A DNA stretch of 64,000 nt from an uncultured Chloroflexia bacterium (GCA_963707215.1 CAVPPB010000003.1:1344001-1408000), one strand, 5' to 3'. Shown: positions 40,374-49,621, counted from the stretch's first letter. Made by a program: numbers and translations. Notes: generated by a model not told the origin, from the sequence alone.

Positions 40374-41554
40374 GGGTGCCGGGCGTGAACGACCGCGCGG
40401 CACTCCGGATCGCGTCGACCGCGATCGTGCTGCTGCTGCTGGCCGGCACGGCCATCCTTGCCGTCATCTGGCCGCCCGTCCGGCAGCCCACCTGGGGGTT
40501 CACCGGCTTCTCTGGCCTGCTGGCAGGAGCCGTGGGCCTCATGGGAGCGGTCATCGTGTACCGTCGGCCGGGCAACCGCGTGGGTTGGGTCCTGCTCCTC
40601 GTCGGCCTCATGAGCGCGATCCAGTTCGTCGTGGACCTGACCCCACTCCTGGTCATCCACCTGGGCGGCGCGGGCACGCCGGCCGAGACCTGGACGAGCT
40701 GGCTCCCGAACGCCATCTGGGTCCCGTCGGTCACCCTGATCGGCTACCTGTTGCTGATCTACCCTGACGGGCGCCCGCCTGACGGACGCTGGTCGGCCCT
40801 CGGTCCGCTGCTGCTCGTGGTCGCGATCCTGACGCTGGTGGCGATCCTGGTGACCCCCGGCGACCTGCGGAACTACCCGGGCGTCGCCAACCCGACGGGC
40901 CTGCCCGGTCTCCCCGGGGCCCTCGTGGCCATCGTCGACCCCCTGTACCTGGGGACGCTCGTGGCCGCAGCGCTGTCCCTGGTCGTCCGCTGGCGCCAGG
41001 CCCCGCCGGTCGTCCGGGCCCAGCTGAAGTGGCTCGCCCTTGCCGGGGTCCCGTTCGCGATCGCCACCAGCCTGTCGGTCGTCTCCCGGGAGGCCCAACT
41101 CATGGCGATCCTCTCCGGCGGGCTGATGCCGGTAGCCATCGCCATGGCGATCCTGCGCGACCGCCTGTACGAGATCGACCGCATCATCAGCCGGTCGATC
41201 GGCTGGGCGATCGTCACCGGGTTGCTCATCGCGACGTTCGCCGTGTTGATCCTTGGCCTCCAGGCGGTGCTCGAGCCCCTGACCGGAGGCAACACCCTGG
41301 CGATCGCCGCCTCGACCCTGATCGTCGCTGCCCTCTTCGACCCGGTCCGGACCCGGGTCCAGCGGGCGGTCGACCGCCGCTTCGACCGTTCCCGGTACGA
41401 CGGCGAGCGCCTCCTGGCCGCCTTCGGGGAGCGGCTGCGCGACGAGGTGGACCTCACGACGATCTCCGCCGATGTCCTCGCCACCGTCGATGCCGCGGTC
41501 CGACCGACCGCTGCCGGCATCTGGCTGCGGGAGCGATCGGGGGGCGGAGGGTGA
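40370..41554 (+). CDS. Polytopic membrane sensor-like protein, paralog 4
   Basis: RRPGNRVGW, YPDGRP..RW, NP.G, RAQLKW and the conserved C-terminus; GTGA overlap (alternative start 40385). Confidence 0.85.
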   Translation: MRVPGVNDRAALRIASTAIVLLLLAGTAILAVIWPPVRQPTWGFTGFSGLLAGAVGLMGAVIVYRRPGNRVGWVLLLVGLMSAIQFVVDLTPLLVIHLGGAGTPAETWTSWLPNAIWVPSVTLIGYLLLIYPDGRPPDGRWSALGPLLLVVAILTLVAILVTPGDLRNYPGVANPTGLPGLPGALVAIVDPLYLGTLVAAALSLVVRWRQAPPVVRAQLKWLALAGVPFAIATSLSVVSREAQLMAILSGGLMPVAIAMAILRDRLYEIDRIISRSIGWAIVTGLLIATFAVLILGLQAVLEPLTGGNTLAIAASTLIVAALFDPVRTRVQRAVDRRFDRSRYDGERLLAAFGERLRDEVDLTTISADVLATVDAAVRPTAAGIWLRERSGGGG

Positions 41555-42818
41555 GGGGGCAGATGCGGCAGCGGACCGTCAGGGACAGCCGAGCGGCCCG
41601 CGGTTCGTCGACTGCCGCCGCGGAGCCATCGATCGGCTGGCCCGGACGACTGCTGCTGATCGCTCTGCTGGCTGGCGGCACGTTCATCGGTGTCGCCTGG
41701 GCATTCGACCCGTTCGCGCTCCTCTTCTGGGCATCGTACGCCTCGACCGCAGCCCTCCTCATCGTTCGGCGACCCCGGAACGTCATCGGCTGGCTGTTGC
41801 TCGCGATCGCGTTCGGGTTCATCGGAACCACGTCGCGACCCGAGATCGACCTGGCCGCGCTGGAGCAGGGCGTCGGGGCGATCGGCGACGAGCTATGGAT
41901 GTGGGTCGGAAGCTGGGTCGGCGCCGCGACCTTCATCGGCTTCTTCACGTTGATGCTCGTGTTCCCGAGCGGTCGGCTTCCTGGCGGGCGCTGGCGCCGA
42001 CCGTCGATGGCGCTGATCACGGTCGGGAGCCTCGTCGTCGTCCTGGCCGCCTTCGCGCCGACCGTCACGTTCAGTCCCGATGGCGGCAGCGCCGAGATCG
42101 TCGCTCCCAACCCGGTCGCCATCCTTCCCGACCTGCCGATCTGGTCGATCGTCCCGAACAGTGGTGCCGTGACGATCGTTCCGATCCTGGTCCTGCTGCC
42201 GATCGGCGTCGTCACGTTGGCCATGCGCTACCGACGGTCAAGCGGCGCCTTGAAGCTCCAGCTGCGCTGGCTGGTCGCGGCCGTTGCCTTCATGGTCGGG
42301 GCGGTCGTGGCAGGCCTGACGATGCTGGCCATCGCCGGCGAGGACGCATGGTACGCATGGGTCCCGGCGATCATCGCCTACCCGACCGTACCCATCGCCA
42401 TCGGCATCGCGGTCCTCCGGTACCGGCTGTACGAGATCGACCGGCTCATCAGCCGGACGATCGGCTGGGCGATCGTGACGGGACTGCTGGTGGGAGCCTT
42501 CGCCCTCCTGGTGCTGGGGCTCCAGGCCGTCGTCGAGCCGCTCACCGGCGGCAACACCCTGGCCATCGCCGGCTCGACCCTCGTCGTGGCGGCCCTCTTC
42601 AACCCGGTCCGCACCCGGGTCCAGCGGGCGGTCGACCGCCGCTTCGACCGTTCCCGGTACGACGGCGAGCGCCTCCTGGCCGCCTTCGGGGAGCGGCTGC
42701 GCGACGAGGTGGACCTCACGACGATCTCCGCCGACGTCCTCGCCACCGTCGATGCCGCGGTCCGACCGACCGCTGCCGGCATCTGGCTGCGGGAGCGATC
42801 GGGGGGCGGAGGGTGAGG
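41341..42818 (+). repeat. 216-bp near-identical direct repeat (41341-41556 and 42603-42818)
   Basis: By-eye alignment shows 2 mismatches; related copies lie at the 3' ends of paralogs 1-3. Confidence 0.9.
41551..42816 (+). CDS. Polytopic membrane sensor-like protein, paralog 5
   Basis: RRPRNVIGW, FPSGRLP..RWR, NP, QLRW and the conserved C-terminus; GTGA overlap (alternative ATG 41563). Confidence 0.85.
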   Translation: MRGQMRQRTVRDSRAARGSSTAAAEPSIGWPGRLLLIALLAGGTFIGVAWAFDPFALLFWASYASTAALLIVRRPRNVIGWLLLAIAFGFIGTTSRPEIDLAALEQGVGAIGDELWMWVGSWVGAATFIGFFTLMLVFPSGRLPGGRWRRPSMALITVGSLVVVLAAFAPTVTFSPDGGSAEIVAPNPVAILPDLPIWSIVPNSGAVTIVPILVLLPIGVVTLAMRYRRSSGALKLQLRWLVAAVAFMVGAVVAGLTMLAIAGEDAWYAWVPAIIAYPTVPIAIGIAVLRYRLYEIDRLISRTIGWAIVTGLLVGAFALLVLGLQAVVEPLTGGNTLAIAGSTLVVAALFNPVRTRVQRAVDRRFDRSRYDGERLLAAFGERLRDEVDLTTISADVLATVDAAVRPTAAGIWLRERSGGGG

Positions 42819-42824
42819 ACGCTT

Positions 42825-42857
42825 CGTAACGGGTCCCGGACGGTCGACTGGTGGACT
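42825..42857 (+). promoter_or_regulatory. CGTAACG box (copy 5)
   Basis: CGTAACG-ggtc-CCGGACG; TGGACT at +27. Confidence 0.7.
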
Positions 42858-42900
42858 GCGTCCAGGCAGACCGCCGGAGGGACCACCACAGGAGGCCACC

Positions 42901-43314
42901 ATGCGCCGCGTCCTCGCTCGCTCGATCCTCATCGGGTCGATCGCCGCAACCACCCTGGCAGGGACCGCCCTGGGCCACGAGTGCTTCATCTACAGCCGGT
43001 CGGACACCGGCGACCTCGCCGCGGGCAGCCACTCGAAGGTCTGGCTGACCGTCGGCTCCACGGCCGACATCTTCCTGCTCGTCGAGGAGGAGCTCCAGCT
43101 GCCGCCGCTCTCACCCTCGCAGCTCGATTGGGCGGTCGACGCCGGGAAGGCGGCGGGCCTGCCGAACCAGTTCACGATCTTCATCGGCAAGAAGACGATC
43201 GCCGAGGGCACCCCGGCGATGGAGAAGCATGCCGCCGACGGCAGGGGCGTCGATCACGCCTTCGATTGGCTGCCGGTCGTCGTCGACATCTACTTCCAGG
43301 CGCTCGCGCACTGA
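42901..43314 (+). CDS. Small secreted hypothetical protein
   Basis: Sec-type signal peptide ending ALG/HECF; AGGAGG RBS. Confidence 0.75.
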   Translation: MRRVLARSILIGSIAATTLAGTALGHECFIYSRSDTGDLAAGSHSKVWLTVGSTADIFLLVEEELQLPPLSPSQLDWAVDAGKAAGLPNQFTIFIGKKTIAEGTPAMEKHAADGRGVDHAFDWLPVVVDIYFQALAH

Positions 43315-43495
43315 CCGAGCCTGACCCCCGGGCCCGGGCGGGCCGGCTGCCCAGCCGAGCGTCCCGTCCGTCCGGGCCCACGCCACCTCCAGCGTCCGCC
43401 GGATCGTCCTTCCGGCGGACGCGTCGCGTCCACGCGGGCCCGATGTCGACCACCACCACCGACCGCGTGACGGATCGTCCCGATGACCCTTGGAC

Positions 43496-43528
43496 CGTAA
43501 CGCTTCCCGGACGCACAGGGAGGAACCT
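43496..43528 (+). promoter_or_regulatory. CGTAACG box (copy 6)
   Basis: CGTAACG-cttc-CCGGACG; GAACCT at +27; ATG at +39. Confidence 0.72.
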
Positions 43529-43534
43529 CCGGCC

Positions 43535-45247
43535 ATGACGTTCATCCAGTCGCTGCGCCGCACGGTCGGACTCGGCGGTCGATCCGCCCCGGAGCCCGAC
43601 GCCTCCAGCGAGCCCGACGAGGGAGCCTCGGCGGCCGAGGCCCAGGTCGATGGCGTCCCGGCGGAGCCGGAGGCACCGGCGGGGTCCGCCGGGATCGGCC
43701 CGGTCGAGATCGCCCCCGACGACCCGCTGCTCGCGCTGCTCCAGTCCACCGACGGCGTGATCGACGTCGACCGGGTCACGATCGACTCGCCCGCCCTGGA
43801 CGCTCTCCGCGCGCAGGGCATCGCCGTCATCGTCCCGCTCGTCGCCCAGGGCGAGCTCGTCGGGGCGCTGTACCTGGGTGAGCGCCTGTCGGAGCAGGAC
43901 TACTCGACCGACGACCGTCGACTGCTCGCCTCGCTCGCCGCCCGCACAGCCCCGGCGATCCGCGTCGCCCAGCTGGTCCGCGAGCAGGCCACCGAGGTCG
44001 CCGCGCGCGAGCGCATCGAGCAGGAGCTCCAGGTCGCGACCCTCATCCAGCAGCAGTTCCTGCCCCGGAGCCTGCCGGAGCTCCCCGACTGGCAGGTCGC
44101 GGCGTACTACGGCCCGGCGCGCGCCGTCGGCGGCGACTTCTACGACTTCATCGAGCTGCCCGACGGGCGCATCGGCGTCGTCGTCGGCGACGTGACCGAC
44201 AAGGGCGTCCCGGCCGCCCTGGTCATGGCTCGGACCCACTCGGTCCTGCGGGCCGAGGCGCCGCGCCTCATCGAGCCGGGAGCGGTGCTCGCGCGGGCGA
44301 ACGACATCCTCTGCGAGGAGATGCCGTCGAACATGTTCGTCACCTGCCTCTACGGCGTCCTCGAGCCGACCACGGGTCGCTTCGTCTTCGCCAACGCCGG
44401 GCACAACCTTCCGTACGTCCGGTCCGCGGGCACGGTCGACGAGCTGCGGGCGACCGGGATGCCGCTCGGCCTGCTGCCGGGGATGGCGTACGAGGAGGCC
44501 GAGGGAACGATCGAGGGCGGCCAGGGCCTCCTCCTCTACTCGGACGGGTTCGTGGAGGCCCACTCGCCGACCGGCGAGATGTACGGCTTCCCGCGGCTCC
44601 GGGACGCCTACGGCGCCTTCGACGGCGACACTGGCAGCGAGCTGGTGGATCGGCTGCTCGACGACCTCCACGGCTTCACCGGCGGCGGCTGGGAGCAGGA
44701 GGACGACCTGACGCTGGTCGCCCTGCGGCGATCGCGCGGCACGGGCTTCGAGGCCCTGGCCGACGAGACCGATGCGGCCGACGCGGCCGACCCTGTGGCC
44801 ACCGCGGCGAGCGTCCGCGCCCTCCTCGACCTGGAGGTCCCCGGCGCCCTCGGCAACGAGCGGATCGCCATGGACCGGGTCGCCGAGGCGGTCGCTCCCC
44901 TCGGGCTTCCCGCGGACCGCCTCGAGCGACTCAAGACGGCGGTCTCCGAGGCGGCGATGAACGCCATCGAGCACGGCAGCCAGGGCCGGCCGGAGGTCCC
45001 TATCCGGGTCCACGTGTCGGCGACCGACGCTGCGCTCCGGGTCCGGGTCGCCGACATGGGCCTGGGCGGCGACATCCCCCTGGGCTCGGCTGAGGTCCCG
45101 GACCTGGAGGCGAAGCTGGCCGGCGAGCAGAAGCCGCGCGGCTGGGGCCTCTTCCTGATCGAAGCGATGGTCGACGAGATGGCCGTCGAGCAGACCGACG
45201 AGGGCCAGGCGGTCGTCCTGACCCTCCACCTGAAGGGAGCGTCCTGA
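43535..45247 (+). CDS. Partial GAF plus SpoIIE/RsbU PP2C phosphatase plus RsbW-like HATPase fusion
   Basis: VPLVAQGELVGALYLG GAF strands; VGGDFYD, GDVTDKG, NAGH, YSDG, DDLT; SEAAMNAIEHG, DMG and GWGLFLI. Confidence 0.92.
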   Translation: MTFIQSLRRTVGLGGRSAPEPDASSEPDEGASAAEAQVDGVPAEPEAPAGSAGIGPVEIAPDDPLLALLQSTDGVIDVDRVTIDSPALDALRAQGIAVIVPLVAQGELVGALYLGERLSEQDYSTDDRRLLASLAARTAPAIRVAQLVREQATEVAARERIEQELQVATLIQQQFLPRSLPELPDWQVAAYYGPARAVGGDFYDFIELPDGRIGVVVGDVTDKGVPAALVMARTHSVLRAEAPRLIEPGAVLARANDILCEEMPSNMFVTCLYGVLEPTTGRFVFANAGHNLPYVRSAGTVDELRATGMPLGLLPGMAYEEAEGTIEGGQGLLLYSDGFVEAHSPTGEMYGFPRLRDAYGAFDGDTGSELVDRLLDDLHGFTGGGWEQEDDLTLVALRRSRGTGFEALADETDAADAADPVATAASVRALLDLEVPGALGNERIAMDRVAEAVAPLGLPADRLERLKTAVSEAAMNAIEHGSQGRPEVPIRVHVSATDAALRVRVADMGLGGDIPLGSAEVPDLEAKLAGEQKPRGWGLFLIEAMVDEMAVEQTDEGQAVVLTLHLKGAS

Positions 45248-45594
45248 TGGAGGGCGTCATGACGGCACTGACGAGCCGGGTCGAAGCCGGCCCCGAGACG
45301 GGACGGATCGTCCTCGCGGGACGGCTCGACCGGGAGGGCGACGCTGTCCTGGCCTCGGCCTACGCAGAGGCGACGGCGGCCGGCGCCGCGGAGCTGGAGA
45401 TCGACTTCGGCGACGTCGCCTACATCAACAGCACGGGCATCGCGCTCGTCGTCCGGCTGCTGGCCGAGGCCCGCCGCGACGGGCGCCCGGTCCGCGCCAC
45501 GGGCCTGTCCGACCACTACCGGGAGATCTTCCGGATCACCCGGCTGTCCGACTTCATGACGATCGTGGACGACGAGCCAGGAGGTGAGCGATGA
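45247..45594 (+). CDS. STAS anti-sigma factor antagonist 1
   Basis: G.LD, DF..V.YINSTG phospho-Ser motif and IF.ITRL. Confidence 0.9.
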   Translation: MEGVMTALTSRVEAGPETGRIVLAGRLDREGDAVLASAYAEATAAGAAELEIDFGDVAYINSTGIALVVRLLAEARRDGRPVRATGLSDHYREIFRITRLSDFMTIVDDEPGGER

Positions 45595-45935
45595 CGGCGA
45601 CGACGGTGCAGGTCGAGTCGCGGGGCGACACGGCGATCCTCCGCATCGGCGGCGATGTGACCGCCGCCAGCGACGGAGCGTTCAGCGAAGCGTACGCGAC
45701 CGCGACCGACGGCGGAGCCCGGGCCCTGGTCCTCGACTTCTCCGGCATGGAGTACATGAACAGCGGCGGGATCGGGCTGCTCGTGACGATGCTCGTCCGG
45801 ACCCAGCGGGCCGGCCAGCGACTCCTCGCCGCCGGTCTGTCCGAGCACTACTGCCAGATCCTCTCGCTCACCCGCCTCGACGAGGCGATCGCGATCCACG
45901 ACACGACCGACGCCGCGCTGGCGGCGACGGCGTAG
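45591..45935 (+). CDS. STAS anti-sigma factor antagonist 2
   Basis: LDFSGMEYMNSGG motif and LTRL. Confidence 0.9.
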   Translation: MTATTVQVESRGDTAILRIGGDVTAASDGAFSEAYATATDGGARALVLDFSGMEYMNSGGIGLLVTMLVRTQRAGQRLLAAGLSEHYCQILSLTRLDEAIAIHDTTDAALAATA

Positions 45936-45945
45936 GAGGCCAGCC

Positions 45946-46782
45946 ATGACGACGCAGGACGCGACCCCCGACGGCCCCGGCGCGACCGTCGATCCTGTTC
46001 CCGAGTCCAGCCCCGCCGGATCCGCGGCGACCCCCGAGCGCGCGACGATCGCGACGCCGGCCCCTGCTCGCGATCCGGGCACGACCTGGGCCAAGCCGGT
46101 CGACCGCCTGACGATGGGCGAGGTCCCCGCGTCGGCGATCAACCTGAACGTCTCCGGCAAGCGGCTCTCCGGGCCCCTCCAGGGGTTCGGTCAGCTGTGG
46201 CAGAAGACCTATCGGATCCGCTTCGAAGGCGCCGCGCCGACGCCGCAGGAGGTGATCGCCACCTGGAAGCGCGAATTCGGCTCGTTCTGGCCGTCGAACG
46301 CCCACTTCTACGCGCCGTTCGCCGAGATCGCCCCCGGCGAGGTCGGGCTCATCAACCAGGACGTCGCCGGCGGTCAGACCCTCTCGACCGGGGTCATGGT
46401 CATCTACGCCGACGACGAGTCCTTCACCTTCATGACCCCGGAAGGCCACGTCTTCGCGGCCTGGATCACCTTCAGCGCCGACCGCGACGCCGAAGGCGCG
46501 ACGAGTGCCCAGGTCCAGGCGCTCGTCCGGGCGAGCGACCCCATCTTCGAGACCCTGCTGATGACCGGCGGTCACGGCCAGGAGAACCGGCACTGGGAGA
46601 CGACGCTGTCGAACCTCGCCGCCCGCTTCGGCGCCACCGGGACGCCGACGACCGAGGCGGTCTGCGTCGATCGGAAGCGCCAGTGGCGCCATGTCGGCAA
46701 CATCCGCCACAACTCGGCCATCCGGTCCGGGATCTGGACGATGACGCACCCACGGAGCATGTTCCGGCGCCCGAAGGCGTGA
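45946..46782 (+). CDS. Hypothetical protein (possible SRPBCC/DUF1990-like fold)
   Basis: Well-formed ORF with AGGAGG RBS; FTFMTPEGH..A.WITF motif. Confidence 0.7.
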   Translation: MTTQDATPDGPGATVDPVPESSPAGSAATPERATIATPAPARDPGTTWAKPVDRLTMGEVPASAINLNVSGKRLSGPLQGFGQLWQKTYRIRFEGAAPTPQEVIATWKREFGSFWPSNAHFYAPFAEIAPGEVGLINQDVAGGQTLSTGVMVIYADDESFTFMTPEGHVFAAWITFSADRDAEGATSAQVQALVRASDPIFETLLMTGGHGQENRHWETTLSNLAARFGATGTPTTEAVCVDRKRQWRHVGNIRHNSAIRSGIWTMTHPRSMFRRPKA

Positions 46783-46824
46783 CGGCGGTCGCCGGGCCGC
46801 GGTCCCGGATGGGATGATGCGGCC

Positions 46825-48265
46825 GTGACCGCCGACTCCCAGCTCGACGCCGTCGTCGTCGGCTCGGGCCCGAACGGGCTCGCCGCCGCCATCACCCTGG
46901 CCCGTTCCGGACTCGCCGTCCGCGTCTACGAGGCGGCCGGGACCGCCGGCGGCGGCATCCGCTCCGAGGCGCTCACCCTGCCCGGGTTCGTCCACGACCC
47001 GTGCACGACCGTCGTCGCCACGACGCTCGCGTCGCCGTTCCTCGGCTCGCTCGACCTGGCCGGGCGCGGCGTGGAGATCGTCCAGCCCGAGGCCCCGGCC
47101 GGCCATGCCCTCGACGGCGGCCGGGCCGCCATCCTCGAGCGCTCGGTGGAGGCGACGGCCGACGGCCTGGGGATCGACGGGCCCGCCTACCGCCGCCTGA
47201 TGGGCCCCCTCGTCCGCGACGCCGACCGGATCCTGCCCTGGGTCCTGGGTCGGCCGTTCAGCCTCCCGCGCCACCCGCTCGCCCTCGCCCGCTTCGGCAT
47301 CCCTGCGCTTGCCTCGTCCACGCTCCTGGGCCGGCTGTTCCGCGAGGACCGGGGCCCGGCGATCCTGGGGGCGCTCTCTGCGCACGCCTCGATCCCGCTC
47401 CGGCAACCGGCGACGGCGTCCTTCGGGCTCGTCCTCGGGTTCGCCGCCCACGCGGTCGGCTGGCCCGTGGTCCGGGGCGGCTCGCAGGGCCTCGCCGACG
47501 CCCTCGTGGCGGAAGTGCGTGACCTCGGCGGCGAGGTCGTGACCGGGACGGAGGTGACCTCGCTCGACGAGCTGCCGCCGGCCCGCGCCACGCTGCTCGA
47601 CGTCACCCCGCGCCAGCTCCTGAGGATCGGCGGCGACCGACTCCCGGACGGCTATCGGCGGGCCCTGGAGCGGTTCCGCTACGGCCCCGGCGTCTGCAAG
47701 GTGGACTACGCGCTCGACGGCCCGATCCCCTGGGCGAACGGGGAGCCTGGACCGGGTCGGGACGGTCCACCTGGGCGGGTCGCTGGCCGAGGTCGAGGCG
47801 TCCGAGCGAGCGGTCAACCGCGGCCGGATGCCGGAGCGGCCCTTCGTCATCGTCGTCCAGGCGACCCGCTTCGACCCGAGCCGGGCCCCGGAGGGCAGGC
47901 ACACGGCCTGGGCCTACGCCCACGTCCCCCACGGCTACCCGGCCGACGCCAGCGTCGAGCTGGAGGCGCAGCTCGAGCGGTTCGCGCCGGGCTTCCGGGA
48001 CCGGATCCTCGCGAAGACCGTCCGGACCGCGCCCCAGCTCGAGGCCTACGACCCGAACTACGTCGGCGGGGACATCGGCGGCGGGGCCCAGGATCTCCGC
48101 CAGCTCTTCACCCGGCCGGTCGCCCGCTGGGATCCGTACTCGACGCCCGTCCGGGGGCTCTACCTCTGCTCGTCGTCCACGCCGCCGGGCGGCGGGGCCC
48201 ACGGGATGTGCGGCCACCTCGCGGCCGGCTCGGCGCTGCGGCGGGAGTTCGGCCTTCGGGCCTGA
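46825..48265 (+). CDS. Phytoene dehydrogenase-like FAD oxidoreductase, frameshifted near 47745
   Basis: VVVGSGPNGLAAA, GGSQ.LA, then in another frame TVHLGG, WAYAHVP, NYVGGDI and TPPGGGAHGMCG. Confidence 0.85.
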
Positions 48266-48337
48266 GGATGCGGGCGCCGGCGGGTGAGCCGTCCGCGGCC
48301 GCGCGCCCCGTCGCCGGCTGCGTACCGTCGTCGGCCG

Positions 48338-49621
48338 CTAGCGGACCGTGATCGAGCCCACCCCGCCGCGGAGCTCCAGCTCGACCTTGTGCTCGGCGCC
48401 CTCGAACTCCGGCGACGTCCAGCCGCCCTGGGCGTCGCGCGGGAAGCGGACCGCGTCCACGTCGGTGGAGCCAAGGGCCATCGATGAGCGGATCCGTGCG
48501 GCGACCCCGACCGGCACCCTGAACTTGAGGGCCGCGGCGCCGCCCTCGGCGAAGACCCGGGTCAGGCCGGCTGCGGCCGGAAGGGTGACCGCGGTGTCGG
48601 CCGCGCCCGTCTGGACCCGCAGCTCGGCCACGCGCAGCGACGAGAGATCCGCCTCGGTCTTGGATGCCCCGGTCTTGACGGTCAGCCGCAGCGGCACCTC
48701 GGCGGTCAGGCCCAGGTGCCACTCGAACGGCGCGCGGTCCCACGACGTGTTCCAGATGCGCTCGCCGGGCGTGCTCAGGGTCACCTGCCCTGGGCCGCGG
48801 TCCTCCCGCTTGACGCCGCCCCGGAACGACCCGTCGAGCAGGTTCCCAGGCGCGGCCTGTCCGACGATCCGGAGCGTCCCGGCCCCGAAGTTCAGGATGA
48901 CGTCGGCCTCCCGTGCCCCACCGAGCGGGATCGCCGCGGGCACGGCATCCTCCGAGGCGGCCTGGCTCGCGGCTGCCCCGGCGGCCGCGGCCGCCCCTGC
49001 TGCGCCCGCGGTACCGGGCCCGGCACCGCGTCCCGGCGCTCCGGCCGTCGCCCAAGACGCCCCGGTCAGGTCGGGCTCCGGGAAGAAGTACGGCCAGATG
49101 AAGGCGCTCAGCAGCACGACGACCCCGATGCCGACGATCACCAGCGGGGCGACGTAGCTGACGAGGTCGGTATCGGCGCGCCCGGAGAGATCCCAGACTC
49201 CCTCCACGAGGACGAGCCCGACCAGGAAGAGCACGATCCCGGCCATCAGCCCGCCAAGGCCGTCGCGGAACGTCTTCGCCCGCCAGGTCACGATCCCGTA
49301 CAGGGTCAGCCCGAGGCCGACGCCACCGGGCGCCACCAGGGCCCAGGCGTAGAACCAGGAGACGAACCCGGCGAGCTCGCGCTGTGCGTAGAGAACGACC
49401 CCGAGCATGAAGACAAGCCCACCGAACCCGGCGAAGCCGGTCCCCCGCTCCCCGCCGAGCCCGACGCCGAGCAGGAAGAGCGCGGCGCCGATGACGATGG
49501 GCCAGGTGAGGAAGTCGAGGCGGATGTCAGTGAACTGGCCGACGAGCAGGAGCGCGCCGATGGCGACGAGGATCGCGCCGACGATGACGGCGCCGCGCGT
49601 CTGGCCCGAGTTGGTCTGCAT
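48338..49621 (-). CDS. LiaF/LiaI-like membrane protein with C-terminal beta-solenoid (Toastrack/DUF4097-like)
   Basis: GAILVAIG.LLL..WP TM hairpins; repeated GA/GG beta motifs (FGAG.L.I, TGAS..DL, GGVGSITV). Confidence 0.72.
   Translation of the reverse strand: MQTNSGQTRGAVIVGAILVAIGALLLVGQFTDIRLDFLTWPIVIGAALFLLGVGLGGERGTGFAGFGGLVFMLGVVLYAQRELAGFVSWFYAWALVAPGGVGLGLTLYGIVTWRAKTFRDGLGGLMAGIVLFLVGLVLVEGVWDLSGRADTDLVSYVAPLVIVGIGVVVLLSAFIWPYFFPEPDLTGASWATAGAPGRGAGPGTAGAAGAAAAAGAAASQAASEDAVPAAIPLGGAREADVILNFGAGTLRIVGQAAPGNLLDGSFRGGVKREDRGPGQVTLSTPGERIWNTSWDRAPFEWHLGLTAEVPLRLTVKTGASKTEADLSSLRVAELRVQTGAADTAVTLPAAAGLTRVFAEGGAAALKFRVPVGVAARIRSSMALGSTDVDAVRFPRDAQGGWTSPEFEGAEHKVELELRGGVGSITVR

Noticed and set aside
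32662-42818. Diversity-generating retroelement or shufflon explanation for the paralog repeats
   Set aside because: No reverse transcriptase or recombinase in the window, the mismatches are not adenine-specific, and the repeats are direct and in the constant region.
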